From: Alphaproteobacteria bacterium UBA1185
Lineage (GTDB): Bacteria > Pseudomonadota > Alphaproteobacteria > Rs-D84
Direction of reading: 5' to 3'
Length of the DNA: 64,000 nt
NCBI GenBank assembly: GCA_002310415.1
Contig: DBYN01000006.1
Span: 219,249 to 283,248 of the forward strand
Each line of letters begins with the position of its first letter. Positions within the stretch are counted from its first letter, which is position 1. Positions 53,271-62,751 of the stretch are shown one piece after another. A program made the position numbers and the translations under genes. Under the pieces are notes generated by a model that ran no database searches, was not told where the DNA came from, and saw only the letters and a program-made list of their open reading frames with translations.

Positions 53271-53410
53271 TACATTTGTGTATATGTGTGTAATGACCGG
53301 AATATAGGCGTTTGTGTTGATGTATGTGTTGTTTGTGTTTTTTAATTTTTATAGTTGCGTGAAAAAAATGTTGCATTATTATATTTGTATCAAAGGGAAA
53401 GGATTTATAT

Positions 53411-54727
53411 ATGAAAAAGATTTTATGCGCTTTGTTTTTTTCTGTTGTCGGTACGTTTGCATCTTTTGCGGAATTGCATGTTGATATTGTTGCTGGTGGT
53501 ACAGAACCAATAGCAATTGCTGTTCAAAAATTTGAAGTTATTGGTAATGTGCCATCTGCTGATGCCAAGATGTTACGTGAAGTTGTTGAAAATGATTTAA
53601 GTAAAACTGGATTATTTCGAATTATAAATCATGATGCTTTTCCACAATTTGTTAAGATGAATGATATGCCTAATTTTACAAGTTGGGTGGCTATTAAAAC
53701 GCAAGCTTTGGTTCAAGCCAGTATCAAGCCAGATGGTAAAGATGGTTATAAATTAGAATTTTATTTATGGGATGTTAATGGCAAAGAACAAATAGAAGCA
53801 CAAAGTTTAATCGCTTCGAAAAAGTCGATAAGACGGTTGGGGCATATTATGGCGGATGCTATTTATGAAAGATTAACGGGAGAATTGGGGTATTTTGATA
53901 CACAAATAGTTTTTATTGCAGAAACAGGACCTGTGAATAATCGTGTAAAGCGTATGGCAATAATGGACCAAGATGGGTTTGGAATGCGGTATTTGTCCGA
54001 TAAAAAGACTTTTGTTATGTCGCCACATTTTTCACCCAATATGGCAACGATTGTATTTTTATCATATCGTAATGATGACCCAATGGTTTGGGCTTTGGAT
54101 TTAGATACTGGTGATCAGACTAAGTTAGGCAATTTTGGTGGTATGAATTTTGCACCACGTTTTTCGCCAGATGGAAATCGAGTTGCTTTGTCTTTAGTCA
54201 AAGATGGGGTAACAAATATATATGAATATAACATGATTGATAAAACTTTGCGTCAATTGACGTTCGGAAATCATATTGATACCAGCCCGTCTTATTCGCC
54301 TGATGGTAAATATATGGCTTTTAATTCAGATAGGTCTGGTTCGCAACAAATTCATGTTTTGGATTTGGTCAAAGGTACGCAAAAACGTATTACTTTTGGG
54401 GCAGGGCGTTATGCTACACCTGCTTGGTCGCCTGATGGGCAATTTATCGCATTTACAAAAATTGCTGATGATACTTTCTTTATCGGTATTATGAATCCAG
54501 AAGGCAGACACGAAAAAATTTTGGCTGGTGGTTGGTATATGGAAGCGCCGTCTTGGGCGCCTGGTTCAAGAAGATTGGTATATTATGAAACAGAACGTTC
54601 AGAAGATGATCAGGACCGTATAAGTCATATTCGCAGTGTAGATATTACAGGGCGTAATTTATATGATATTGATTTAAAAGATGATATAAACGGAACAGAG
54701 CCTACGTGGTCACCAAAACTGCCGTAA
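53411..54727 (+). CDS. tolB: Tol-Pal system beta-propeller protein TolB
   Basis: 438 aa with a signal peptide. Repeated PRFSPDGNRVAL, PSYSPDGKYMAF and PAWSPDGQFIAF blades. Confidence 0.9.
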   Translation: MKKILCALFFSVVGTFASFAELHVDIVAGGTEPIAIAVQKFEVIGNVPSADAKMLREVVENDLSKTGLFRIINHDAFPQFVKMNDMPNFTSWVAIKTQALVQASIKPDGKDGYKLEFYLWDVNGKEQIEAQSLIASKKSIRRLGHIMADAIYERLTGELGYFDTQIVFIAETGPVNNRVKRMAIMDQDGFGMRYLSDKKTFVMSPHFSPNMATIVFLSYRNDDPMVWALDLDTGDQTKLGNFGGMNFAPRFSPDGNRVALSLVKDGVTNIYEYNMIDKTLRQLTFGNHIDTSPSYSPDGKYMAFNSDRSGSQQIHVLDLVKGTQKRITFGAGRYATPAWSPDGQFIAFTKIADDTFFIGIMNPEGRHEKILAGGWYMEAPSWAPGSRRLVYYETERSEDDQDRISHIRSVDITGRNLYDIDLKDDINGTEPTWSPKLP

Positions 54728-54728
54728 A

Positions 54729-55142
54729 ATGAAAAAAGTTATATGTAGTGTTTTATTTGGCTTGATATGTTATACGGCTGCTGCGACACCGGTCATGGTA
54801 ACTCGTATTATTGATGGTGATACATTCAAAGCAACTGTGCTGTTGGCTGATGGAATAGAGATTATGTCTGTTATGGTACGTTTACGTAATGTTGATACCC
54901 CCGAGATACATGGTCAATGTGATGATGAAATCACGCGTGCCGAATTGGCAAAACAACGTTTGTCGGAATTGATTCCTGTGGGTTCTGTTATCGAAATTTC
55001 TAATGTTAAAAATGATAAGTATCCAGGGCGCATAGATGCAAATGTTTTTGATGAACATAATCGCGATGTTGGATTAGTTTTAATACGAGAAGGTTACGGT
55101 CGATCGTATTCTGGGGGTAAAAGACAATCGTGGTGCGATTAG
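54729..55142 (+). CDS. secreted thermonuclease (SNase-like)
   Basis: Signal peptide, then RIIDGDTF and VRLRNVDTPE motifs typical of staphylococcal-nuclease homologues; 137 aa. Confidence 0.75.
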   Translation: MKKVICSVLFGLICYTAAATPVMVTRIIDGDTFKATVLLADGIEIMSVMVRLRNVDTPEIHGQCDDEITRAELAKQRLSELIPVGSVIEISNVKNDKYPGRIDANVFDEHNRDVGLVLIREGYGRSYSGGKRQSWCD

Positions 55143-55846
55143 CAACTGTGACGATTTATCGCAGTCCTTATTTCTTCCAGAGTAGCAGATGATGGTAATT
55201 CTGGTTCAAAATATATATTTGCAGTGCCCGCTTTTATTCTGCCACGTTTAGGCCAATATAAACCAGTATCTACCCCAACAGGCATAATCGGAAGTTTTAA
55301 ATTTTCTGCCAAAAATAATAATCCGCGTTTTAATGGAATATTTTGATTTGGCGATACACGTGTACCTTCGGGAAATATTATAAGTGTCATACCATTCATT
55401 ATGGTTTTGGTTACGCGGTCAGATAATCGCTTCATATTTGTTGCACCACGTTTTCTGTTTACGCCAATCAGACCGATGCGCCAAAAAGCCCAACCATAAA
55501 TTGGAAGCCAGAGTAATTCGCGTTTTATAATAAAAAATGAATTTGGTATGTGGGTTACAAGAATTGCGACTTCTAATACAGACATGTGTTTAGATGCTAT
55601 GATTGCGCGCCCATCCAGACGAGTGTTTATATTGTGTTGAAAAGGTATACCATTTTCGGCAACAGGTGGGTAATGTATTTTATATTTTATACCGCCAATA
55701 ATACGCGCAATAAATAAAACACCCCATGCATCTGATAATATAAACATATGCTCTAGTTTTGAAGATATTAAACCAATTATCAAAAGTGGTGTCCATAAAA
55801 CAAACCATGATAATAATATAAATTTAAATATAATGGTTTTTAACAT
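55139..55846 (-). CDS. plsC: 1-acyl-sn-glycerol-3-phosphate acyltransferase (PlsC family)
   Basis: N-terminal TM. The HX4D-like box is KHMSVLE (Glu in place of Asp). FPEGTRV motif present. Confidence 0.75.
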   Translation of the reverse strand: MLKTIIFKFILLSWFVLWTPLLIIGLISSKLEHMFILSDAWGVLFIARIIGGIKYKIHYPPVAENGIPFQHNINTRLDGRAIIASKHMSVLEVAILVTHIPNSFFIIKRELLWLPIYGWAFWRIGLIGVNRKRGATNMKRLSDRVTKTIMNGMTLIIFPEGTRVSPNQNIPLKRGLLFLAENLKLPIMPVGVDTGLYWPKRGRIKAGTANIYFEPELPSSATLEEIRTAINRHSC

Positions 55847-55848
55847 AT

Positions 55849-56355
55849 TTAACCTTCCTTTATTCCAAACAAAGTAACAATATATTTTATATATTCAATT
55901 GTCCAGCGTTTAACGCGAGTCGGGGTTGGCATACCAGACAGTGAAGCAGGGCATGCAATTATATCTGTATTTGGCAATTCATTTCGTAATAAATACAAAG
56001 AACGATTCATGTGGTCTTCGGTAGTTACGATAACAATTCTGTCCAAGTTTTGTTGTTGTATAATGCTTTTTATAGCCAAAGCATTTTGGTATGTTGATTT
56101 AGATTTTGATTCAATAAAAATGTGTCGTCTGTTCGGAATATTTGTTATGCCTGCGCCAATAATGTATAAATTACCATAATATAATTCGTCCAATTTGCGT
56201 AAAGCATAAGGTATCCGACGTGCATCGCCAGTTAATACAAAAATATTGTCGTTTTCCAGCAAAGCCCCACATCTTGGCGGCGTAACAGATTTAAACATTA
56301 ATCCACCCAAAACAAAGCAAAATAATAATATTAAAGATAATGGGATATATTTCAT
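55849..56355 (-). CDS. DUF218/YdcF-ElyC family protein
   Basis: N-terminal TM. NIFVLTGDARRI and IVIVTTEDHMNRS motifs are typical of DUF218. Confidence 0.65.
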   Translation of the reverse strand: MKYIPLSLILLFCFVLGGLMFKSVTPPRCGALLENDNIFVLTGDARRIPYALRKLDELYYGNLYIIGAGITNIPNRRHIFIESKSKSTYQNALAIKSIIQQQNLDRIVIVTTEDHMNRSLYLLRNELPNTDIIACPASLSGMPTPTRVKRWTIEYIKYIVTLFGIKEG

Positions 56356-57194
56356 TATTTACCAGATAATATTTTCAGTGTAGTCTTTTTAGTAATATAG
56401 ACAGAAAAAACAATTATAGCAATTGTTAATAAAAATAATGCCAGCCATGAATTACCGGATAAATATAGAGTTGCAAGTAATCCAACACGTGCAGAATGCG
56501 CAGTTGACATTATCAACATCAAAATCGGGCAAGCAACCAACAGACCAATAAAACAAGCAAGTGTACTGATTTTTGCAACGATAATTTGCATTTGTTTAGC
56601 AATAAAATTATCTGTGGCACCGACTTGATTTAATATTTCTAATTCGTGTTTGTGTAACATCGCTATGTTTCTGGATATATAAGATATGCAAACACATATA
56701 GATAGTAAAAGTAATATCAAAACGAATGATGTTATTGTTACCAATTTCCAGCCAGCGGACATAGATGGGGTTAATGCTGATGTGTGCGTTAAAAATTTTG
56801 CTTTGGTTGTAATTTGTTGTTTTAACGTTTCAATATCTTTTGAATCTTTGACTCGTATTTCAAACATTTCAGGTAAATAATTGCTTAAATTAGCATTACT
56901 TGAAATCCATGGTTGTATTATATGTTCCATTTCAGATTTGGTTATTTCACGAACTGATTCAATTTTATCAACATTAGAATCTAAAACCTTTTTTATAAAT
57001 TTCGTATTGTCAGAGTTCGTAATTTGAATTGTTGCGTATTTGTCCCATTGACTATTCCAACTTGTGACCCCATTTTTGATGGATAAAGCGATACCAAAAG
57101 CCAATATTGCCAAGAATGTTAGTATAGATATAACAACTGTCATAAATATTGACTGTTCGCGTATCAGTGAAAATACCAGTGTTTTTTTCTTCAT
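56355..57194 (-). CDS. ftsX: cell-division ABC transporter permease FtsX
   Basis: 279 aa with 4 TM segments and a large loop between TM1 and TM2. Overlaps the ftsE stop. Confidence 0.75.
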   Translation of the reverse strand: MKKKTLVFSLIREQSIFMTVVISILTFLAILAFGIALSIKNGVTSWNSQWDKYATIQITNSDNTKFIKKVLDSNVDKIESVREITKSEMEHIIQPWISSNANLSNYLPEMFEIRVKDSKDIETLKQQITTKAKFLTHTSALTPSMSAGWKLVTITSFVLILLLLSICVCISYISRNIAMLHKHELEILNQVGATDNFIAKQMQIIVAKISTLACFIGLLVACPILMLIMSTAHSARVGLLATLYLSGNSWLALFLLTIAIIVFSVYITKKTTLKILSGK

Positions 57195-57982
57195 TATGAA
57201 TTTCCAATATCTTTGAATTTTTCAGAAACATGTGAAAAATAGTTTTGTGGTTGTGGCCCCTTCCATTTTCGTGTAGTTTCAGAATTTAATTGTGTTTCGC
57301 CACCCGTACCAGAAAAAGCAACATGATGATTTTCTACACGTATCACAGGAAATTTATATGTTTCCAGTAATTTCTGATTATGAGTTGCCAAAATGATTGT
57401 TGTTCCAAACATTTTGTTCATTTGAATAAATAATTCCATCAATCTTGATGCGTTTTCATCATCCAGATTTCCGGTTGGTTCGTCTGCTAGTAAAATTGAT
57501 GGTTGAATAATAATAGCACGCGCAACAGATACCCGTTGTTGTTGACCTCCACTTAATTCTTTGGGGTATGCATCCGCGTATTTACCCAATCCAACCCATT
57601 CCAATGTTTTTGTTACCAATTTTTTTATTTTATCACCAGGAAATCCGCGAACACGTAAAGGTAACGCAACGTTTTCAAAAACATTCATATGCGAAATCAA
57701 AGAATATTCTTGAAAAACAATTGCCATTTTGTGTCTTAATAACGATATATCATTACGTGATAAAGACTCACAGTCTTGACCAAATAATTTTATTTGACCG
57801 GTTGATGGTTTGTGCAGTTGGTAAATTAATCGCAAAAGTGTTGTCTTGCCGGCGCCACTTGCACCTGTTAGAAAATAAAAAGCACCATTGCTTATGTTGA
57901 AAGATACGTCCAGCAGCACGTCATTGCCGTTTTCGTAATTCGCAGATACATTTGCAAAAGATATTACTGTTTTACCTTCCAT
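57194..57982 (-). CDS. ftsE: cell-division ATP-binding protein FtsE
   Basis: ATG 57982 (MEGKTVISF...). Walker A GASGAGKTT, signature LSGGQQQR, Walker B LLADEPTGNLD. It carries a C-terminal tail of about 40 aa that I do not recall being usual for FtsE. Confidence 0.85.
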   Translation of the reverse strand: MEGKTVISFANVSANYENGNDVLLDVSFNISNGAFYFLTGASGAGKTTLLRLIYQLHKPSTGQIKLFGQDCESLSRNDISLLRHKMAIVFQEYSLISHMNVFENVALPLRVRGFPGDKIKKLVTKTLEWVGLGKYADAYPKELSGGQQQRVSVARAIIIQPSILLADEPTGNLDDENASRLMELFIQMNKMFGTTIILATHNQKLLETYKFPVIRVENHHVAFSGTGGETQLNSETTRKWKGPQPQNYFSHVSEKFKDIGNS

Positions 57983-58125
57983 TATAAGTCGCATCATAGT
58001 AAAAAAAATATCAAAGGGCAAGATTTTATTGTTATTAAAAATATTGTAAATAAAAAAAAATAATATTTGGATTTGTTATATTTATGTGATACAATTCACA
58101 CAAAAGGTATTTGGAGAATTTTATC

Positions 58126-58839
58126 ATGAAATCATTATTAAAAACTGTATTGTTTATTGGGTGTATGGCACCTTGGGCCGCATTTTCTGCTTCGAACGGC
58201 AGTTATTCTGTCGTTACAAAGTATGGTGATGAAACCAGTATAAATTATCGTCGTACTTCGGAACCCATGAAAATGTATCTGGATGTTCGTGCAGATTTGT
58301 CTTTCCTTAGTTGGACAAATGAATACACACCGAATCAGTATGGTGATGATGATTTTGATTTTAAATCTGTTATTGGTGCAGATATTGCTTTGGGATGCAG
58401 GTTTAATAAGCATTGGCGCGCTGATGTAGAATTAGGATATATGGGTCGTTATTCTGAACAAGAAACTGAATATTATCCTGGATTCCCAACGGAAAAAACA
58501 GATTTTAGTTTAACTGTTATGAATGCAACAGTGAATGGTTATTACAATATTTGGGCGGGTATGTATTCTGGTGTATATATGGGATTGGGGGCTGGTGCTG
58601 CAATTTCAGAAATTTCTTTGAATCATACCGTGTTTGCCAAGGAAGCAAAGAAAAGTGTTTCGCCAATGGGTGCTGTTATGTTGGGCTGGACAAACAAATT
58701 AAACGAAAAAATCGATTTAAATTTACGTTATAAATTTGCAGCGTTTTCTGGTGCGACACTTGATTATAATGGTGTTTCAACCAAGATTGGTTTAATAACT
58801 GATAACTCTGTATCGGTTGGTATTCGTTATGAATTTTAA
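58126..58839 (+). CDS. small outer-membrane beta-barrel protein (OMP_b-brl / Omp25-Opa-like)
   Basis: ATG 58126 is preceded by an RBS. Signal peptide ...PWAAFS, G.GAGAA strand motif, C-terminal VGIRYEF. Confidence 0.75.
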   Translation: MKSLLKTVLFIGCMAPWAAFSASNGSYSVVTKYGDETSINYRRTSEPMKMYLDVRADLSFLSWTNEYTPNQYGDDDFDFKSVIGADIALGCRFNKHWRADVELGYMGRYSEQETEYYPGFPTEKTDFSLTVMNATVNGYYNIWAGMYSGVYMGLGAGAAISEISLNHTVFAKEAKKSVSPMGAVMLGWTNKLNEKIDLNLRYKFAAFSGATLDYNGVSTKIGLITDNSVSVGIRYEF

Positions 58840-58850
58840 ACAAATAAACA

Positions 58851-59402
58851 ATGGGACAAAAAATGTTTAGATTAAAAATATTATCAATTGTATCTGTGTT
58901 TATATTGGGGCTGATGTCACCTGCGTGGTCTGCGCCATCAGTTAAGATGTTAGGCTCATCGGGGGCGCAACAGGCAAGTGCTGGTATCGTTCCAACAAAA
59001 TCTGTGTCTGTTAATGCACAGCGTCCTGGTTCTGTACGTTCGGTTAAATCTTTGGCAGATAAAAGTATGAAATCAAATAAAACTGTAAGTGGTAGAGGAA
59101 ATGCAGCACGTTTATCTGTGGGTAAATATTTGCATGATTCTGGTAAAAGTGTTGGCACGATAAAGCCGGTTAGTGTGGTGGAACCTGCTTCTGTAAAAAC
59201 AGTTAATAATTATGTAACTGAATCTGTAAATATTGTAGATGATGAAATTGATACAGACAAAGCCATAACGAAAATAGAAGTTGGTGAAGATGGTAAGACA
59301 TTGAATATTCAACGTTCTAATGTAAAGATACCTGTGGGTTCAGAGAATGCTTTGCCGGTGGCAAGTATTTGGATTGAAGAATTAAATAACAGTGATGATT
59401 AA
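58851..59402 (+). CDS. hypothetical secreted protein, APSV(R/K)xLG...IW(V/I)E family (paralog of 32377..32877)
   Basis: Signal peptide ending AWS|APSVKMLGSSG, RPGSVRSVKS (compare RVGSLRARAV in the paralog), and C-terminal ASIWIEELNNSDD. Confidence 0.55.
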   Translation: MGQKMFRLKILSIVSVFILGLMSPAWSAPSVKMLGSSGAQQASAGIVPTKSVSVNAQRPGSVRSVKSLADKSMKSNKTVSGRGNAARLSVGKYLHDSGKSVGTIKPVSVVEPASVKTVNNYVTESVNIVDDEIDTDKAITKIEVGEDGKTLNIQRSNVKIPVGSENALPVASIWIEELNNSDD

Positions 59403-59954
59403 TAATCCAAGCAACGCAAATATTATTGCACCAATTGTTAATTCCAATGAGTATTTTTTTACAATGGTGTTTGCTTGTTCTTGAAAACGCCATAATAAAT
59501 ATCCAATGATTGCAAAGCGTCCAGTTCTAAACAGTGCGGATACGCCAAGAAATACAAGAACTGGGTAATACAGAAATCCTGCACATAATGCCAACAATTT
59601 ATATGGAATTGGGGTAACTGCGGTCAAAATTATAATCATTATGCCGTATTTATTGAACATGGTTTTTGTTAATTCAAATTTTTCTTGACTCGCAAAATTA
59701 TCAATCAACCATGTTCCTACACTATCAAACAACCATAAACCAATTAGATAAGTAATCAGACCACCAACCAAAGATCCCAATGCAGCGGCAAATGTAACAG
59801 GAATTGCGCGTTTTTTATCTGATACTATGGCAGGGGTCATAAAAATTTCTGGTGGAATAAATAAAAACACAGATTCAAATACGGTCATAATAAACACGAC
59901 CCATGTATACCATGGTTTTGAAGATTGTTCAAGAATCCGGGATATTAATTTCAT
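59382..59954 (-). CDS. YqaA/DedA-family membrane protein
   Basis: 190 aa. FESVFLFIPPEIFMTP and LGSLVGGLITYLIG motifs resemble the SNARE-associated/DedA family. Confidence 0.7.
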   Translation of the reverse strand: MKLISRILEQSSKPWYTWVVFIMTVFESVFLFIPPEIFMTPAIVSDKKRAIPVTFAAALGSLVGGLITYLIGLWLFDSVGTWLIDNFASQEKFELTKTMFNKYGIMIIILTAVTPIPYKLLALCAGFLYYPVLVFLGVSALFRTGRFAIIGYLLWRFQEQANTIVKKYSLELTIGAIIFALLGLLIITVI

Positions 59955-60071
59955 ATCGTCGTATAATAAAATATTCTTATAGGACGTGCAAGTATAATAA
60001 ATAATTTACTTGTCTTTTTATATATACATGTGTATCATTGCCGCATAGTAGATTTATTTAAAGGCTTTATA

Positions 60072-60419
60072 ATGGACAGAAATACAGATTCAAATCGCAG
60101 TGAAAAAATTTCAAGCAAAGTGCAAACTTTGGTTGCGGAAATCTTGCAACGTGAATTTGCAGATGATGATTTGATAAATAGTGTTTCTTTGGTTGGGGCC
60201 AAGGCTCGGGGTGGTATGCAATTTGTTAAATTGTTTTTTTATACTCGCCATAATCCAGAAATTGTTCAAAAACGTTTGGATGATATAACCAAAATGGTTC
60301 GGTTTTCTTTGGCACAAAAAATTAACCAAAAATATGTTCCTGAAATAAGGTTTGTTTATGATGATACATTGGAACGTGCGGATAGAATAGAATATCTTTT
60401 GAATAATATTAACAAATAA
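60072..60419 (+). CDS. rbfA: ribosome-binding factor A
   Basis: About 115 aa from ATG 60072. [17 protein letters not shown] and [21 protein letters not shown] are typical of RbfA. Confidence 0.85.
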   Translation: MDRNTDSNRSEKISSKVQTLVAEILQREFADDDLINSVSLVGAKARGGMQFVKLFFYTRHNPEIVQKRLDDITKMVRFSLAQKINQKYVPEIRFVYDDTLERADRIEYLLNNINK

Positions 60420-60423
60420 AAGT

Positions 60424-62226
60424 GTGAAAAGAATGAAGCAAAGTCATATAAGAAATTTTTCTATTGTTGCACATATTGACCATGGAAAATCGACACTTTC
60501 TGACAGGTTGATTGAATATACAGGTGGTTTAGAATCTCGTGAAATGAAAGCGCAAGTTTTAGATTCTATGGATATAGAACGTGAACGTGGGATAACAATC
60601 AAAGCACAGACGGTGCGTTTGAATTATACCGCTAAAAACGGTGAAACATATCAATTGAATTTGATGGATACACCGGGACACGTAGATTTTTCGTATGAAG
60701 TTTCCCGCAGTTTGGCTGCGTGTGAGGGCGCAATTGTTCTGGTTGATGCAACCCAGGGGGTTCAGGCGCAAACTTTGGCAAATGCTTACTTGGCTTTGGA
60801 TAATGATTTAGAAATGCTGCCTGTGTTAAATAAAATAGATTTACCGTCCAGTGATGTTAATGCGACACGTGAGCAAATTGCAGATGTTATTGGTATGGAT
60901 GCATCAAATGCTTTGTGTGTTTCAGGAAAAACGGGGGCAGGTGTTCCCGAATTACTGGAAGAAATTGTAAACAAATTACCTGCGCCAAGTGGTGATGAAA
61001 ATGCATCGACGCGTGCTTTGTTGGTCGATTCGTGGTACGATTCTTATTTGGGTGTAGTAGTCCTTGTTCGTGTTGTTGATGGTGAATTAAAACGTGGTCA
61101 AAAGATTAAATTTATTGCAACAGGTGCAGAATATGTTGTCGAAAAAGTTGGTTATTTTACACCAAAAATGGAAAATGTTGATTCATTAACAACTGGTGAA
61201 ATAGGATTTATTATTACTGGCATGAAAACAATTCATGATTGCAAAGTTGGGGATACAATTTGCGATGCAAAAAGTAATGTTGAAGCATTGCCTGGTTTTA
61301 AACCGTCTGTGCCTGTTGTGTTTTCAAGTTTTTTTCCAGTAGAGGCTAATGATTATCCTGATTTGAAAGAGGGGGCAGAAAAATTAGCTTTGAATGATGC
61401 ATCGTTTGTTTTTACAACCGAAAAATCTTCTGCATTGGGCTTTGGATTGCGTTGTGGTTTTCTGGGATTATTACACATGGAAATTATCAGCGAAAGATTA
61501 AATCGTGAATTTAATCTCAGTTTGATAAATACTGTGCCCAGTGTGTTATATAAAATTCATTTACGTGATGGTTCAATTATGGACTTGGAAAATCCCGCAG
61601 ATATGCCGGATATAACCAGAATAGAATCAATTGAAGAACCATGGGTACGTGCAACAATAATGATGCCAGATAAATATCTTGGGGCGATAATGGAATTATG
61701 TGCATCACGACGTGGTGTTCAAGAAAATATTTCTTATGTTGGTAATCGTGCTGTATTGGTTTATCAATTACCATTATCAGAAATAGTTTTTGATTTTTAT
61801 GACAGGGTAAAATCTTTGTCTTCGGGTTATGCATCTTTTGATTATGCTTTGTATGATTATCGCGTATCTGATTTGGTAAAGGTTTCTATATTGGTAAATG
61901 ATGAAAACGTTGAACCTTTGTCATTTTTATGTCATCGGTCTGTTGCAGAAAAACGTGGTCGTCAGATTGTAGAAAAATTAAAAGATTTAATACCCAGACA
62001 TCAATTCAAGATTCCTTTGCAGGCCGCTATTGGTGGAAAAATTATCGCACGTGAAACAATTGCTGCATATCGCAAAGATGTTACTGCAAAATGTTATGGT
62101 GGCGATATTACCCGCAAAAGAAAATTGCTTGAAAAACAAAAAGAAGGAAAGAAACGTTTGCGGACTTTCGGTAATGTAGAAATACCGCAGACGGCATTTA
62201 TAAACGCTTTAAAAGTTGGAGATTAA
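60424..62226 (+). CDS. lepA: elongation factor 4 (LepA)
   Basis: [25 protein letters not shown] and NKID G-motifs. 600 aa with a LepA-type C-terminus. GTG 60424, or ATG 60433. Confidence 0.92.
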   Translation: MKRMKQSHIRNFSIVAHIDHGKSTLSDRLIEYTGGLESREMKAQVLDSMDIERERGITIKAQTVRLNYTAKNGETYQLNLMDTPGHVDFSYEVSRSLAACEGAIVLVDATQGVQAQTLANAYLALDNDLEMLPVLNKIDLPSSDVNATREQIADVIGMDASNALCVSGKTGAGVPELLEEIVNKLPAPSGDENASTRALLVDSWYDSYLGVVVLVRVVDGELKRGQKIKFIATGAEYVVEKVGYFTPKMENVDSLTTGEIGFIITGMKTIHDCKVGDTICDAKSNVEALPGFKPSVPVVFSSFFPVEANDYPDLKEGAEKLALNDASFVFTTEKSSALGFGLRCGFLGLLHMEIISERLNREFNLSLINTVPSVLYKIHLRDGSIMDLENPADMPDITRIESIEEPWVRATIMMPDKYLGAIMELCASRRGVQENISYVGNRAVLVYQLPLSEIVFDFYDRVKSLSSGYASFDYALYDYRVSDLVKVSILVNDENVEPLSFLCHRSVAEKRGRQIVEKLKDLIPRHQFKIPLQAAIGGKIIARETIAAYRKDVTAKCYGGDITRKRKLLEKQKEGKKRLRTFGNVEIPQTAFINALKVGD

Positions 62227-62229
62227 AAA

Positions 62230-62742
62230 ATGAATATTAGACAAGATGCAAGTGTGTTTTTAAAAAAATATCTTCAGGCATGTGCCATAAAAAAAGATAT
62301 GAATAAATTTCGTAATAATCATGCCGAAGAATGTTCAATATCAAATTATTGGGAAAATTATATAAAAACTCTTGGTTTCAAAGATAAAATTCAAACCGCT
62401 AAATTTGATGAATATGGTAAATATGGTGATGAAGCATTGGAACATCGTTCTACATCATGTTTTTATGTTGGTCCAGAAAAGCAATTTAAATTGCAACAAT
62501 GTGTAAATGTTCAAAATGATGGTATTATTATCAGAAATTGTTGTTCTAATTGCCCGCATTTTAAAACAATTCAAGAATATTCTGTGACAGCTAAGAAGTT
62601 ATCAGATGCAAAAAAAGAGCAAAAAAATATAATAGATGGTTATATCATGTCTGTTGTGGACTTTAATACGAGAACATGTAGAAAAGTTTTAAAGAAAATA
62701 AATGATTTGATTTCATATTTTTATAAAGAAAACACTAAATAG
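62230..62742 (+). CDS. hypothetical protein with CCxxC motif
   Basis: 170 aa with no signal peptide. Contains RNCCSNCPHF. Precedes the integrase-like ORF. Confidence 0.45.
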   Translation: MNIRQDASVFLKKYLQACAIKKDMNKFRNNHAEECSISNYWENYIKTLGFKDKIQTAKFDEYGKYGDEALEHRSTSCFYVGPEKQFKLQQCVNVQNDGIIIRNCCSNCPHFKTIQEYSVTAKKLSDAKKEQKNIIDGYIMSVVDFNTRTCRKVLKKINDLISYFYKENTK

Positions 62743-62751
62743 GATTTAGTT

